A DNA stretch of 64,000 nucleotides from Chlorokybus atmophyticus (GCA_009103225.1 RHPI01001517.1:325571-389570), one strand, 5' to 3'. Positions 35,441-48,674 are shown, counted from the first letter of the stretch. A program made the numbers and translations. Notes: generated by a model not told the origin, from the letters alone.

Positions 35441-35858
35441 ACTCACACACAGCTCATGCTTGGGGGTCGCTATGGGTCGAGCACGGTGGCTATGCCCAGC
35501 ACCCAAGTGCATTACAATACAAATGTACAAGTGTACAAATATAGCTGATTTATACACAATTTTGCACTAGGGCGAGGCTATAACTATGGGAACTACTTCT
35601 TCACGCCAGGTGCAAAAGTTACGCGCTTCGTCGGTCTTCGACTCGTTGATGGCGCCATTGCTGCCGATGCCGGGGTCGAAGCTTGAGAAGCTTATACACT
35701 TGTAAAGTATACCACCCTCGCCAAGGATGGCGCCGTCGCGCTAGGGTTTTAAGTGATTAGATAAGGAGCTTGTGACTCACAATCCACATCTAGTGAGTGC
35801 GTGTGCCCCCAAGTGCCCAAGGCACTAGGGGCACAAGAGTCTCATAACTCATTGACGA
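35441..35858 (+). repeat. DIRS right-end module A-X-B' (end of B' lost at the adjacent Copia LTR)
   Basis: A (direct, 18-bp deletion) 35441-35570, X 35570-35710, B' 35711-35858. The module recurs at 38999-39490 (inverted) and 55740-56085 (X-B'). Confidence 0.75.
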
Positions 35859-38145
35859 GAACTAGTGATGCGCCTAGTGTGTGTGTATTTGCCTCTTACA
35901 TACAAGTGTGCACACACCAAGGACAAGTGCAGCAAGCACGCCAACTATAGAGACAATGTGCGACCCATTGTATTAAGCAGTATACAGTGTGTTATATACT
36001 ATGCTACTAAGCACTAGTCAACTCTAATTAACTCTGATCAAAGTCAACACTAGTCAACACCAGTTAATGGCCAAAGTCAATGGTCAAAGTCAAAGTTGAT
36101 CAACTTGAACTTTGACCATAAAAAACCATAACTGCCGTAACTCCCTTAACTCCCGTAACCACAAAAGTTAAGCTGATCGTACCAACTATATGTGTAGGCG
36201 CCGCCTATACGTGTACTTTCAACAAGCTATAACAATCAACACTCCCACACGAGCAGCTTGACCTGGAGCTCTAAGTTTTTCTTGCAAGCTTACCCACATT
36301 AACTTACTCCTTTGAACACTCCCACGGTCTTGATGCTTGTCTGCATAACACCATCCTTCTCCTCGTGCTACCAGCGAGATTACAAGGTTCCAGTACTCCT
36401 TGTTTTCTCCTTATAGTTGTCACATCAGGTTTCACAACGCCACGCCTGATCTTGCTCAGGTGCTTTTGAAGACTCTCTCAATGGCAAACTCTGCTATAAA
36501 CTTCGCTGAGTTTCCTACCGCAGCAATGCTGTACCAGAGTGTAGGCCGTACAAGGGTTGATCAGACCCTTCTACCAAAGAGAGCGCCCCTCCCATCTCCT
36601 GTTAGCTAGCTATACAACTCAGTCCTTGCATACCAATCAAGTGAAGTGTTCTAACCAGTACCGCACACCTGTGTGCTACCCAAAACAAGCAACTCCACAG
36701 CAATGCAACCTCTAGTGTATGCAGCTCAACACCAGCAACTACTCATAGGCTAGCAGTAACTGTCGCAAACCTTTGTGTCTGTGACCTCCGTCTACGCATG
36801 TCCTTCGCGCACCCTTGCAGTGGGAGAGGACGGACGAAAACCTTCCACTGCAACTCCTTGGGATCCTCACTAATGCTAGAAAGCAATCGCCATTGTGGCG
36901 TGCTCCTCCTTGGTTGCCTCATTGTGGATCCTCGTCTGGCACTCGCAAATGAAGTGGCCCTTCATCTTGCAGTAGTGACACTCTTTGTCACGTGATGGCT
37001 TCCCACCACCTGCTTTGCTCCTGCTTTGTGTGTGTTGAGAAGATGAGGCAGCAAGTGCGATAGCTTCTCCACCATTCTCTATCTCCTGAACATCCAACTT
37101 GCCTTCCACAGCTAGTAGCTTAGGCACTACATCAGCAAACTTTAAAACCACATCTGAGGACTCCAACACAGTCACTAGTGTAGCAAAGCTCTTTCCTAAG
37201 CCAGCTAAAACTGCCCACATCACCTCCTCTTCCTTCACATCGTGGCCCACTGCTATAAGGTCTTGCCAAAGCTCCCTTGCACGCAAGATGTACTTCTGGA
37301 TTGGCACTTTGTGCTCCATTTTCAGCAGTGTCAGCTTGCGTCTTAGCTGCAACTTGCGCGAGTTGCTGTTGGCCTTGAAGAGGGTGTTGAAGACCTCCCA
37401 CGCCTTACGTTCAGTCTTGCAATGCGCAATAAGAGGGAGATGGAAGTCTTTGATGTGCAAGCCTACCAGCGCAAATGCTGATTGTGATTTCTCTGTCCAG
37501 GTGCCAGCGTCACCTGTTCTTGGCCGCAATAATGTGGAGGAGGTGGGGTCGACAAAACTCCAGAGCTTCTTGCAGATCAGCACCAATTTCATCTTTAGCG
37601 ACCATGAAGCGTAGTTGTGTGGATTAAGGGACTCAATGGGCATCCTATCTGTGTCAGCCATTGCTTGCTACACAACAGTACAACTCACCCTCTCCCCAAG
37701 AACACTCTACTAGTAGGCGCCTATGCTCAACACTCTCTCTCACTAGCACAAGCAATCACACAAGCGAGTGCGGGCCCATAACCTGTTGAGAACTAGTGTT
37801 GCGCCTATTGTGTGTGTATTTGCCTCTTATGTACAAGTGTGCACACACCAAAGACAAGTGCAGCAAGCACGCCAACTATAGTGACAATGTGCGACCCACT
37901 GTGTTAAGCGGTATACAATGTCCTATATACTATGCTACTAAGCACTAGTCCACTCTAGTCAACTCAAGTCAAAGTTAACACTAGTCAACACTAGTCAATG
38001 GCCAAAGGCAACGGTCAAAGTCAAAATTGACCATGGTTGACCATAATTGCCATAACTCCCGTAACCATAAAGGTTAAGCTAATTGTACCAACTACATGTA
38101 GGCGCCGCCTATACATGTACTTTCAACAAGCTATAACATTTAACA
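35856..38145 (-). mobile_element. ~2.3-kb internally deleted Copia derivative (family 2, copy a)
   Basis: LTRs ~35856-36241 and 37784-38145, PBS at 37772-37783, PPT-like tract at 36242-36254; gag plus degenerate pol remnants only. Confidence 0.85.
36876..37661 (-). CDS. gag: Copia-type Gag, intact 261-aa ORF
   Basis: NYASWSLKMKLVL...RKLQLRRKLTLLKM...VLAGLGKSFATLV; knuckle CHYCKMKGHFICEC; ends AIAF*. Confidence 0.85.
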   Translation of the reverse strand: MADTDRMPIESLNPHNYASWSLKMKLVLICKKLWSFVDPTSSTLLRPRTGDAGTWTEKSQSAFALVGLHIKDFHLPLIAHCKTERKAWEVFNTLFKANSNSRKLQLRRKLTLLKMEHKVPIQKYILRARELWQDLIAVGHDVKEEEVMWAVLAGLGKSFATLVTVLESSDVVLKFADVVPKLLAVEGKLDVQEIENGGEAIALAASSSQHTQSRSKAGGGKPSRDKECHYCKMKGHFICECQTRIHNEATKEEHATMAIAF

Positions 38146-38279
38146 GTGATGCCCTTAGTGTGTGTATATGCGCCTCTCACATACACGTGTGCACACATTA
38201 AGGACAAGTGCAGTAGGTACGCCAACTACACCAACAAGAAGTAAAACAAATACGAGGATGAGTGCAGTATCCCAAACTT

Positions 38280-38590
38280 GCTGCGACATAAACACCAATT
38301 TTCTTCCACGGACTTAGTCAGCATACCATCTTGTGGACCTCACCCCGCCTTTAGTGGCTATTTGGGGTTCATTTACAAAGTGTACAACTTTGGCTCGTTG
38401 CTATTTGGGTTGAGCACGACGTGTTTTGTATTAAAAAAAGTGATCAAGCAATTGGTGCCATTGGCGTGTACAAGGGTCCGCATGTTGCCATATATTACAG
38501 ACTTCTTATTTGCTGCATATTCTAAGGTCAAGTATGCCTCCACCCTAGTCGTGGTGGAAGGGGAAGCACATGCAGCATGGTGCGGGTTCG
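38280..38590 (+). pseudogene. DIRS RT fragment
   Basis: GYLGFIYKVYNFGSLLFGLSTTCF...MLPYITDFLF, homologous to 31630-32390; cut off by a Copia LTR at 38591. Confidence 0.75.
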
Positions 38591-38998
38591 TGTTGAAGGT
38601 TAAGCATATAAGGTTTATTGGTATAGTATGCTTATAGTACAATCAGCTTGTTGATGTTATCTAGACCATGTGCGGCGGTTAGGTTATGGGAGTAAGGGAG
38701 GCGGCGGACCTCCATCATGCTAAACACTTTTTTACAATAATGTACCCACCATAATGGAAATGAGGTGGCGGCTAAGGTAATTGCCAATCCCTTGTTGTGG
38801 GCTAGGTTACAAATAGTACTTTGCTAGGCGCCTTAGCTAAACTTCTACAATCACCTTCGCCTTGACAACTACGGTCAACTGCCGCTATGGCAATTATAGT
38901 CCACTACGGTCAACATTGACATTAACATTTGACTAGTGTTGCCTAGCACTCTTTAGTGTACCATATAGGACACTGGAACTTGTGCAATACAAATAAGA

Positions 38999-39490
38999 TA
39001 TATGAGTTCATGAAGCGCATGAAATGCGCGCTCATGAACTCATTGATGAGTTATGAGACTCTTGTGCCCCTAGTGCCCTACGCACTTTGGGGGCACAAGC
39101 ACGCACTAGGCGTGAGTTGTGTGTCATAAGCTCCGTAGCTAGTTGCTTAAAACCGTAGCATGGCGGCGCCATCCCTGGCGTGGGTGGCGAGTGTGCTTTG
39201 CTGTGCAGGTGTACAGGCTTCTTAGGCTTCAACCTCTGCATCAGCGGTAATGGCGCCGTCACTACATCGAAAGCTGAAGAAGCGCGTGACTTTTGCAACT
39301 TACGTGAAGAAATAGTTCCCATAGTTGTAGCCTAGCACCCTCGTGCAGACTTGTGTGTACATCAGCCTGTATCTATACACTTGTACATTTGTATTGTAAT
39401 GCACTTAGATGCTGGGCATAGCCACCGTGCTATCGACCCATAGCGATCCCCCAGCATGAGCTGTATGTCGCATATAACTCGTGCATGAGT
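38999..39490 (-). repeat. Isolated DIRS right-end module (reads B-X'-A' on the plus strand)
   Basis: Reverse complement of 35441-35858, with the terminus (tatatgagttca) complete. Confidence 0.75.
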
Positions 39491-40280
39491 TTGCTAGAGA
39501 GTTGTGGCACAAGTTTGCAGAGGTGCATAAGGTTAAAAACAATCCTAGGATGTTGCAGTTAAGGAAGCCATTGAATGCCCCAAGGAAAGATTTTGCTGAG
39601 CCTGTCCTCAATTTCATCTCGCGAGATAGGCAGCTGTGGGATGGCTTGTGTTGAAGGTTAAGCATATGAGGTTTGCTTGTATAGTATAGTCAACTTGTTG
39701 ATGTTACTTGTACCATGTGCGGCGGTTACGCAATTGGAGTTACAGTCAGTAGGAGTTATGAGAGTTACGAGAGTTACGGTCAACTTCAACTTTGACCATT
39801 GACTAGGGTTGACTTTTATTAGGGTTGACTAGTCTTTTCTAGTGTTGACTAGCTTAGTATGTAAGTCATTATATGTGGCGCATGCAGGTGGAACTGCATC
39901 AACAACATACTTCTCTTTGTTGTTGACATGCTATTGCACTTGTTGTTCCCCTAGTGAGCGCATGTATAAGGTAGGGCGCATACATGCACACTAGTTCTTA
40001 ACAACTTGCTCACCAGTGGCCATGATGTGAAGAAGGTGGATGTTATTTGGGCTATTCTTGCCGGCCTACCCAAAAATTCGAGATGACTGTCATCATTATG
40101 GAGTCATCTAGTGAGCAGCTCACCCCACGCCTATTGCTAGTCGAGCAACGGGCATTCGCTTCACACCAAGATGAAGCCGAAGCTGTGACATTCGCTACAC
40201 ACTCCAACCCACGAGGCAACTATAACAATGGTGGAGGAAAGCAGCAGATGGAGACGCGCACTTGCCACTACTATAACACT
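39490..40280 (+). pseudogene. gag: Copia-A-like gag fragment, interrupted by a solo LTR
   Basis: RELWHKFAEVHKVKNNPRMLQLRKPLN...QLWDGL|...FEMTVIIMESSSE, colinear with 24230-24670. Confidence 0.75.
39649..40003 (+). repeat. Solo LTR of Copia family 3
   Basis: tgttgaaggttaagc...gttcttaaca; TSD gcttg/acttg (4 of 5 match); the host gag resumes across it. Confidence 0.8.
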
Positions 40281-40389
40281 AAAAAGCCACGGACACTGAA
40301 TAGAGATTTTATGAAAATGCGGGCTCGCCAGCACATTGCGCTGGCGGCCGCCATCGTTGTGCCTGCTCAACTCGTCAATAAACCCCACT

Positions 40390-40960
40390 TTACTAAAGGT
40401 CGCAACGAAAATGTGAATGGCGAGATTATTCCTTATTGAGCATGACCATTTGCATAATCCCCCCTTGCTTCGGATTGTAGCCCGCCTTCACCCTAGGCTT
40501 GTGCTGCGCCGCCTCCTTGATCGCCATCTTACAGCGTTTGCCTTCGCGTCATTTGTACCCAGATCGTCTTTTGTGACCTCCTCCACCACCTTCCAACCAT
40601 GCTTGTTGGCCACTTCTACATGGTGGAACTGCTGGCACACCTAGCCCAATATTGGTGCACAAAGCATACATGAGCAATGCTAGTTGCAGGCATTTATATA
40701 GAGGCTTAAAGCCATTGGCTTCAGCGTCAAATGCACCCACATATACATCACTACTTGCCACTTACGCCAAGGATGGCGCCGCCGTGCTGGGATTTTAAGC
40801 AACCAGAGCTTGTGACTCGTAGCTCACATTTAGTGAGTGCTTGTGCCCCCAAGTGCTTAGGGCACTGGGGGCACAAGAGTCTTATAACTCATTGAGGAGT
40901 CCTTGATCTTATGGGCGCGCATCTCATGCGCTTCATGAACTTACATCTCTCTCACACCGC
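40390..40960 (-). mobile_element. Internally deleted DIRS left-end fragment (B plus ORF1 pieces)
   Basis: B' at 40765-40940 joined to ORF1 sequence homologous to 49700-49760. Confidence 0.65.
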
Positions 40961-40999
40961 GTATACACTCACACGCGAGTGTATGCACGCCCGCTAAGT

Positions 41000-43494
41000 G
41001 AAGAAACTCACACACAAGTGTTACACAAGAACAAGCAACACGCCTTGATGTTGAAGATACTTAGCCCCCCCCCCCCTAAGTGGCCTCTCACCCAAACACC
41101 CCACTACAATGACCAAGCGAGCACGCACACCAAGGCAATGCCACTAACCCAAGCATTAATGTCTTGGCCTCTCATGCTAACTCACTTACTTACCCTTGTG
41201 AACGATCTACTCCTCATGGGTAGTGTGTGTCTCCACCACTAGTACCTCCTTCGGACCTTGATGGAATTTGAGGCGGCCAACCAACTTGGCATGTAACTTT
41301 ACATTCACCACTCACTTATTCACACCAATTGTCGAAAGAAGTTCTCACCTAGGTGTCATTAATGACATTGATAGGGAATCTCATGAATTTATCTCATATA
41401 ACTTGTGCCACGACTTATGGCCACATAAGACACACATCTTGGAGACAACTAGTGTACTACCAGCTGTTGTCGACATATTGTAGAGCCTTCTTGGATGTGG
41501 CGTAGCGGCTAAGTCCCGCCATTAATAGGAAGCGCGTTACCGCGCCCCTCAGTGTAACGCTTACTGTGCTAACAAGTACGCCGCATAACTACCGCGCGTG
41601 ATTTGCCGCATAAGTGTAATTGCCGCACAACTTGGCACGTGATGCGGAGCCCACATGAGCCCGCGAGAATCCCAACTTGGAAACTGCTATATGTGGCGAA
41701 ATTGTCGCATGCATTGCTAGTATTACAATCATGCGATGATGAATAACCAAATAATAATCAGGTATTCCACAATTACTTAACCAACACGTTGTTGGCAACA
41801 AGCACTTATGCTTATTAAGAGCATATTTAATGTATGTACACTGCATATACACACATGTGTTTATCAAGCATTTTACCGTGAGTATGACTACTTGCAATAC
41901 AAACGCAAACAACTTGTACATTGGTCTATTGTGTGGTTTAAGCACGCCCTAAATTAGCTCCGCACAATGATTTGCGCATCACATTAAGGGCAAAGGGTTA
42001 TATGGTAACCCTTCCACCATAATGTCTTTAAACTCCCAAAGCAACTTTTGCACCTCATGGTGTTTCAGACCCTCCACACTAATGCCAACCAACTTTGAAT
42101 ATGACTCCAATGGTGTGTCATGTACCACGCACAGCCATACAGCCTTCACATTGTTCTTCGACTCCATCTGCTCCATTATTGTATTATTGCAATGTACATA
42201 CATAACACCAGCTTTGTAGCCACCCCACTGAAGCCAACGGTGTCACATGGTTTTTGAGTTCATTGCAGCTGCCATTGCTAAATTGGCTCATGGTGGGCCG
42301 CTTGAGTGTGTGTGTAATAACTTTATTGAAATTGCACAGTAGCAGCAATGACAAGCACAAGTGTGGCGCCGACAATAGAGCAAAGGGGATCTTACTGTAT
42401 TGCACAACATACAGTATCTTATATAATATACTAGCGAGTGCTAGTCAACACTAGTCAGCACTAGTCAACGGTCAAAGTTAAAGTCAATGGTTATAGTCGA
42501 AATTAAAGGTCAAAGTCAATGTTGACCATAGTGGACTGTAACTCTCATAACAACTGACCGTAACTCCCAAGGTGAAGATGATTGTAGAAGTTTAGTTAAG
42601 GCGCATAACAAAGTACCTTTACCAAATGCTCATGTGGGTGTTTGATTACTCTTGCGCCACATGTATGTTCAAAAGCCATACCATAACAATACTGCATGTG
42701 TACACTCACTGCAGGGTTGAGCATGCCTTCACCATAACCGTGTTGTGTACGGATGCGGCATAGTGTGTTGATATTCGAAAGCAAGGCATGGATGGTGCGC
42801 ACCATCACTGCTTTGTTGGGTTTTGTGTGAGTACACGCGCAGGCATAATATGTGTCATTGGCAAGAAGCAAGATGCTTTGCAATGAGATCTCATAGTGCC
42901 CATTTATGTACCATGCACATCGCAGGTCGGCAGCTGCTGGCGAAGGCAATGTCGAGCCAAACATCAAGATGAATGCGGATTTTATGATACCCACTTGTCA
43001 AGTCTAGTGTACCGAAGTACGCATTCCCGACAGTGCATCATAGGTATCAATTCGGGGTAACGGGTATCAATTCTTTATTGTGATCTTGGTTAAAGCACAA
43101 TAATATACACACATGCGCAGCTTTTCATCTTTTTTATAATAAACAAGATGGGCGTGCCAAAGGGTGAATAACTCGGTTCAACTAATCCTTTTTCCAGCAA
43201 CCCCTTAATCTCAGTTTCTATTTCCCCCTCTCTCGGGGACTCGGCCTCCATAAAGGCCGCAATGGAGGCTCAATCGGGAATGAGGTTATTGTGTGTCCGA
43301 TACCTCCATCGGGAGGTAAGCCTAGCACCTCGTTTGAGAACACATATTGCTACTACCCAATGATATTTGCAACATCTTCTGTACTACCTGGCACAAAGTC
43401 GTCCGACAACGTCAAGTGTATGCAAAAAGCCGGTGTTGTTTTATGCAACACGCCTTTTACTTGCAGTACAGTGAGTAGCGTTGGGTCGGGCTGC
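41000..43494 (-). pseudogene. Degenerate Gypsy pol relics (RT homologous to Gypsy-C at 43010-43494; integrase and linker remnants) mixed with a Copia LTR fragment at ~42430-42600
   Basis: 43010-43494 aligns with 17350-17881; LLWEFKDIMVEGLP at ~42030 matches the Gypsy-B linker. Confidence 0.65.
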
Positions 43495-45115
43495 AACAAC
43501 TTCACTGGCACATAGCACCTATCACCCAATGCGCGTTGCAAGTCTCTGAGCAAACCATTGCGCTTCTTACCGGGGACACAAACAATGCCAGCGTGTGTAT
43601 CTCACACAAAGCTGAGGAAACCAATAATTTTGCTGAGTACAGTGTGTGCCTTGGCGTTGATCACTAGCCCTCACCATGCTGCAACTGCTTGCATCACATT
43701 CAGGGTGGAAGCATGTGCTGTCCGTGCACAAACAACACAAAAGAAGTCATCGATGTATGGCAATACCCAGATGCCTTGCACACGCCAACGTTGCACCAAG
43801 CGCTTCATAACCTCTGTGAACACGAAGCAAGCCGTGCTCAACCCAAATGGCAACGAGCAAATGTTGTACACTTTGCCCGCAACTGAGAACCCCAAGTAGC
43901 CCCAAAAGACGGGGTAAATGTCCCCATAAAAAAAAAAAAAAAAGAAAAAAATTGGTATGAAGACTTTAAGTCCATGGAGAACAACCAATTCTCGGGTTGT
44001 AGCAAGTCTGAGATGCTGCGCACATCTTCATACACGAACGGGATGTTCACCAAATAGGAGTTGACATAGCGCAAGTCCATGATGAGGCGCAATTTGCGGC
44101 CATCGTCTGCCACATTGAGTGGGCTCACCACGAGAGGGGGTGTGACACACTCTTGTGCAGCCCCACTGTGCACCAAGTTCGCAATGGCCGCTATAATGAA
44201 GTCCACAAACTCATATATAAGGAACTAGTGTGCATGTATGCGCCCTACCTCATACATGCGCTCACACTAGGGGAACAACAAGTGCAATAGCATGTCAACA
44301 ACAAAGAGAAGTATGTTCCTGTTGCAGTTCCACCCGTATGCACCACATACAGTGACATATATACTAAGCTAGTCAACATTAGAAACAACTAGTCAACCTT
44401 AGTCAAAGTCAACTCTAGTCAACCCTAGTCAATAATCAAAGTCTTGAAACTCCCATAACTCCTATTGACTGTAACTCCCATTGCGTATTCGCCGCACATG
44501 GTCCAAGTAACATCAACAAGCTGACTATACTATAAGCATACTACCCTAGCAAACCTTATATGCTTAACCTTCAGCATGTACTATAAGCAAACTATACTGG
44601 CAAACCTCATATGCTTAACCTTCAACACTCCAACGCAGGCAGCTTGTTGTCCACAGCTGCATATCAGCATGCACAAGCTCCCACGCCTTCATTGCCTTCA
44701 AGTTGACTTGGAACTCTCGCTCCAATACATGACGCTAGCACCTCGAGCTGCTCACTCCCAATGCTTGTCACCCTACAAACTGCTCGCTTGCATATAGTAT
44801 ACCTTGAGCACTATACCATGCTCGCAGAGTGTAACCTCCACGCTTCTCACGCTTAGCTACTCCTCTCATATCCATGTTCAAGTATCACGCTCAAACACCA
44901 TGCTGCTGAGTAGACAGCAACCACGCGCTCTTGGCATGCCCCGCAAGTACTTCACGCACTGCAACACTTCAAATTTAAATACATTCGCTCCCACGCATGA
45001 AGGACGCCTCCTCCACCAAGTACTGCTCGCACTCGGCACCAAGCTACATCCTCCCAGCTTCAGTACAAGGAGATTGCCACCTTCTCCTCCTCCTTCTCCA
45101 ACCTACATCATAGCC

Positions 45116-45860
45116 CTAGAGTGCAATTCTCTCACCCTTCTTGCTATTAGTGCTCCCATAGGTGGACGTCTTCATTTGGGGACATTGATACTGGAAGTGA
45201 CCAAGCTCGCCGCAACGCCAACACTCCTTGCCGCTACCATAAGTGCCTTTCTTTACCATAAGAGCCGTAGCTGCATCTAATCTTTCTTCCCAACCTTCCT
45301 ACTGCAAGCGCTGCTCTTCTTGAAGAAGCCGTGGTATTACGCCATCAAGTGTCAACTCCTCCGTTGCAGACTCCATAATGGTCACCACCACCCTGTACTC
45401 CTTTGGCAACACCAAAAGCACAACCCACACCACTTCATGCTCTTTCAACTCGTGCCCGACATTCAGCAAGTCCTTCCACAACGCCTTTGCACGCACCACA
45501 AACTTGATGATTGGCTCTCCACTCTCCTTCCGCAATACATTCAACTCTTGCCTCAACTGCAGCCTCCTCGCCATGTTGTGAGCTTTGAAGTGGCTCTCAA
45601 GCTTTGCCCAAAACTCCTTTGCACCTTTGCACTCTCTCACCATAATCAAGTGATGCTCAGCAACGTGCAAACCCAGCAATGCCAAAGCTTTCTTCCCTTC
45701 TTCCCTTCACCCAGGTTGCCTCCTTTCCCGAAGGCACATCCTCCGTGGGGTCCACATACTTTCACATGTCCTTGTGTACCAGCAACAGCTCCATTCTGAT
45801 GCTCCAGGTGCTATAGTTGTCCATGTCTGGTGGCTCAATTGTGATCTTCATGTTGTCCAT
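45116..45860 (-). pseudogene. gag: Copia family 3 gag
   Basis: DNYSTWSIRMELLL..., RRLQLRQELNVLRK..., knuckle CWRCGELGHFQYQC, ends ERIAL*; internal stops. Confidence 0.8.
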
Positions 45861-46374
45861 GTTTCCTTAACGTTGGTTGCCCTTCTGCTACACACAGAGT
45901 CCGGAACCTACTCCCCTTCAGCAACCACAACTTCTTACACGACCACAACACACTTACACTCTAAGCATGTGTGAGCCCATAACCTGTTAAGAACTACTGT
46001 GCATGTATGAGCCCCACCTCATACATGCGCTCACACTAGGGGAACAATAAGTGCAATAGCATGTCAACAACAAAGAGAAGTATGTTCCTATTGCAGTTTC
46101 ACCTGTATGCGCCACATACAGTGACTTATATATTAAGCTAGTCAACACTAGAAGAGACTAGTCAACCCTAGTCAAAGTTAACTCTAGTCAACACTAGTCA
46201 ACGGTCAAAGTCAACCCCAGTCAATGGTCAAAGTCAAAGTTGACCGTAAGTCTTGTAACTCCCGTAACTTTTGGTCATTGTAACTCGCATTACGTAACCG
46301 CCGCACATGGTCTAAGTAACATCAACAAGCTGACTGTACTATAAGCATACTATAATAGAAGCAAACCTCATATG

Positions 46375-48674
46375 TGTTGAGAACTAGTGATGCGCCTAGT
46401 GTGTGTGTATTTGCCTCTTACATACAAGTGTGCACACACTAAGGACAAGTGCAAAAAGCACGCCAACTATAGAGACAATGTGCGACCCACTGTATTAAGT
46501 AGTATACAGTGTCTTATATACTATGCTACTAAGTACAAGTCAACTCTAGTCAACTCTGGTCAAAGTCAACACTAGTCAACACTAGTCAATGGTCAAAGTC
46601 AACGGTCAATGTCAAAGTTGACTATGGTTGACCATAACTGCCGTAACTCCCGTAACTCTCGTAACACCCATAACTATAAGGTTAAGCTGATCGTACCAAC
46701 TACATATAGGCGCCGCCTATACTTTCAACAAGCTATAACATTTAACACTCCCACGCGAGCAGCTTGACCTTGAACTCCGAGTTCTTCGCGCAAGCTTACC
46801 CACATTAACTTACTCCATTAAAAACTCCCACGGATCTGTTTCTCTCAACGGACTTCAAGTTGATGCTGGTCTCCATGACACCACTAAGACCACAAGGTTC
46901 CAATACTCCTTGTTTCCTCCTCATAGTTGTCATATCAGGTTCCACCACGCCACGCCTGACCTTACTCGTGGTTTCGTGGTTTCGAGGACTCCCTCAATGG
47001 CAAACTATGCTATAAACTACACTGAGTTCTCTACCTTAGCAATGCTGTACCAGAATGTAGGCCGTGCAAGGGTTGATCAGGCCCTTCTACCAAGGAAAGC
47101 ACCCCTCCCATCTCCTGTTAGCTAGCTATACAACTCAGTCCTTGCATGCCAATCAATTGAAGTGTTTAATCCAGTACCGCACACCTATGTACTACCAAAA
47201 AACAACTCCACAGAAATGCAACCTCTAGTGTATGCAGCTCAACACCAGCAACTACTCATAGGCTAGCAGTAACTCTCACAGACCTTTGTGTCTGCGACCT
47301 CCGTCTACGCATGTCCTTCACGCGCCCTTGCAATGGGAGAGGACGGACGAACACCATCCACTGCAACTCCTTGAGGTCCTCACCAATGTTAGAAAGCAAT
47401 CGCCATCGTGGCGTGCTCCTCCTTGGTTGCCTCATTGTGGATCCTCTTCTGGCACTCGCGAATGAAGTGGCCCTTCATCTTGCAGTAGTGACACTCTTTG
47501 TCACGTGGTGGCTTCCCACCACCTGCTTTGCTCCTGCTTCGTGTGTGTTGAGAAGATGAGGCAGAAAGTGCGATTGGTTCTCCACCATTCTCTATCTCCT
47601 GAACATCCAACTTGCCTTCCACAGCTAGCAGCTTAGGCACTACATCAGCAAACTTCAAAACCACATCTGAGGACTCCAACACAATCACTAGCGTAGCAAA
47701 GCTCTTTCCTAAGCCAGCTAAGACTGCCCATATCACCTCCTCTTCCTTCACATCGTGGCCCACTGCTGCAAGGTCTTGCCAAAGCTCCCTTGCACGCTAG
47801 ATGTACTTCTGGATTGGCTCTTTGTGCTCCATCTTTAGAAGTGTCAGCTTGCGTTTCAGCTGCAACTTGCGCGAGTTGCTGTTGGCCTTGAAGAGGGTGT
47901 CGAAGACCTCCCACGCCTCACGTCCAGTCTTGCAATCCGCAATAAGAGGGAGATAGAAGTCTTTGACGTGCAAGCCTATCAGCGCAAAAGCTGATTGTGA
48001 GTTCTCTGTCTAGGTACCAGTGTCACCTGTTCTTGGCCGCAATGATGTGGAGGACTCGACAAAACTCCAGAGCTTCTTGCGGATCAGCACCAACTTCATC
48101 TTCAGCGACCATGAAGCGTAGTTGTGCAGATCAAGGGACTCGATGGGCATCCTATCTGTGTCAGCCATTGCTTGCTACACAATAGTACAACTCACCCTCT
48201 CCCCAAGAACATTCTACTAGTAGGCGCCTATGCTCAACACTTTCTCTCACTAGCACAAGCAATCACACAAGCGAGTGTGGGCCCATAACCTGTTGAGGAC
48301 TAGTGATGCGCCTAGTGTGTGTGTATTTGCCTCTTACATACAAGTGTGCACACACTAAGGACAAGTGCGAGAAGCACGCCAACTATAGCGACAATGTGCG
48401 ACCCACTGTATTAAGCAGTATACAGTGTCTTATATACTATGCTATTAAGTACTAGTCAACTCTAGTCAACTCTGGTCAAAGTCAACACTAGTCAACACTA
48501 GTCAATGGTCAAAGTCAACGGTCAAAGTCAAAGTTGACTATGGTTGACCATAACTGCCGTGACTCCCGTAACTCTCGTATCTCCCATAACATAATATAAA
48601 GGTTAAGCTGATCGTACCAACTACATATAGGCGCCGCCTATACATGTACTTTCAACAAGCTATAACATTTAACA
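46375..48674 (-). mobile_element. 2300-bp Copia derivative (family 2, copy b)
   Basis: LTRs 46375-46747 and 48291-48674, perfect TSD ATATG (46370-46374, 48675-48679), PBS at 48279-48290; same internal layout as copy a. Confidence 0.92.
47389..48168 (-). pseudogene. gag: Family 2 gag, copy b (one premature TAG at 47797-47799)
   Basis: Near-identical to 36876-37661; ends AIAF*. Confidence 0.85.

Larger units (their letters stand above)
11883..35858 (+). mobile_element. DIRS-type tyrosine-recombinase retrotransposon (copy 1), interrupted by Gypsy-B and a TRIM
   Basis: ORF1 with CCHC knuckle, RT, RNase H, methyltransferase-like and YR domains in DIRS order; terminal repeats and an internal complementary region are present. 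Confidence 0.88.

Noticed and set aside
41470-41950. Second MITE (gccgca-rich segment)
   Set aside because: The candidate TIRs match too poorly to support a call.
43928-43951. Poly-A tail of a SINE or LINE
   Set aside because: There is no element body or TSD; comparison with 31600-31630 shows a local A/T run expansion in the DIRS RT.
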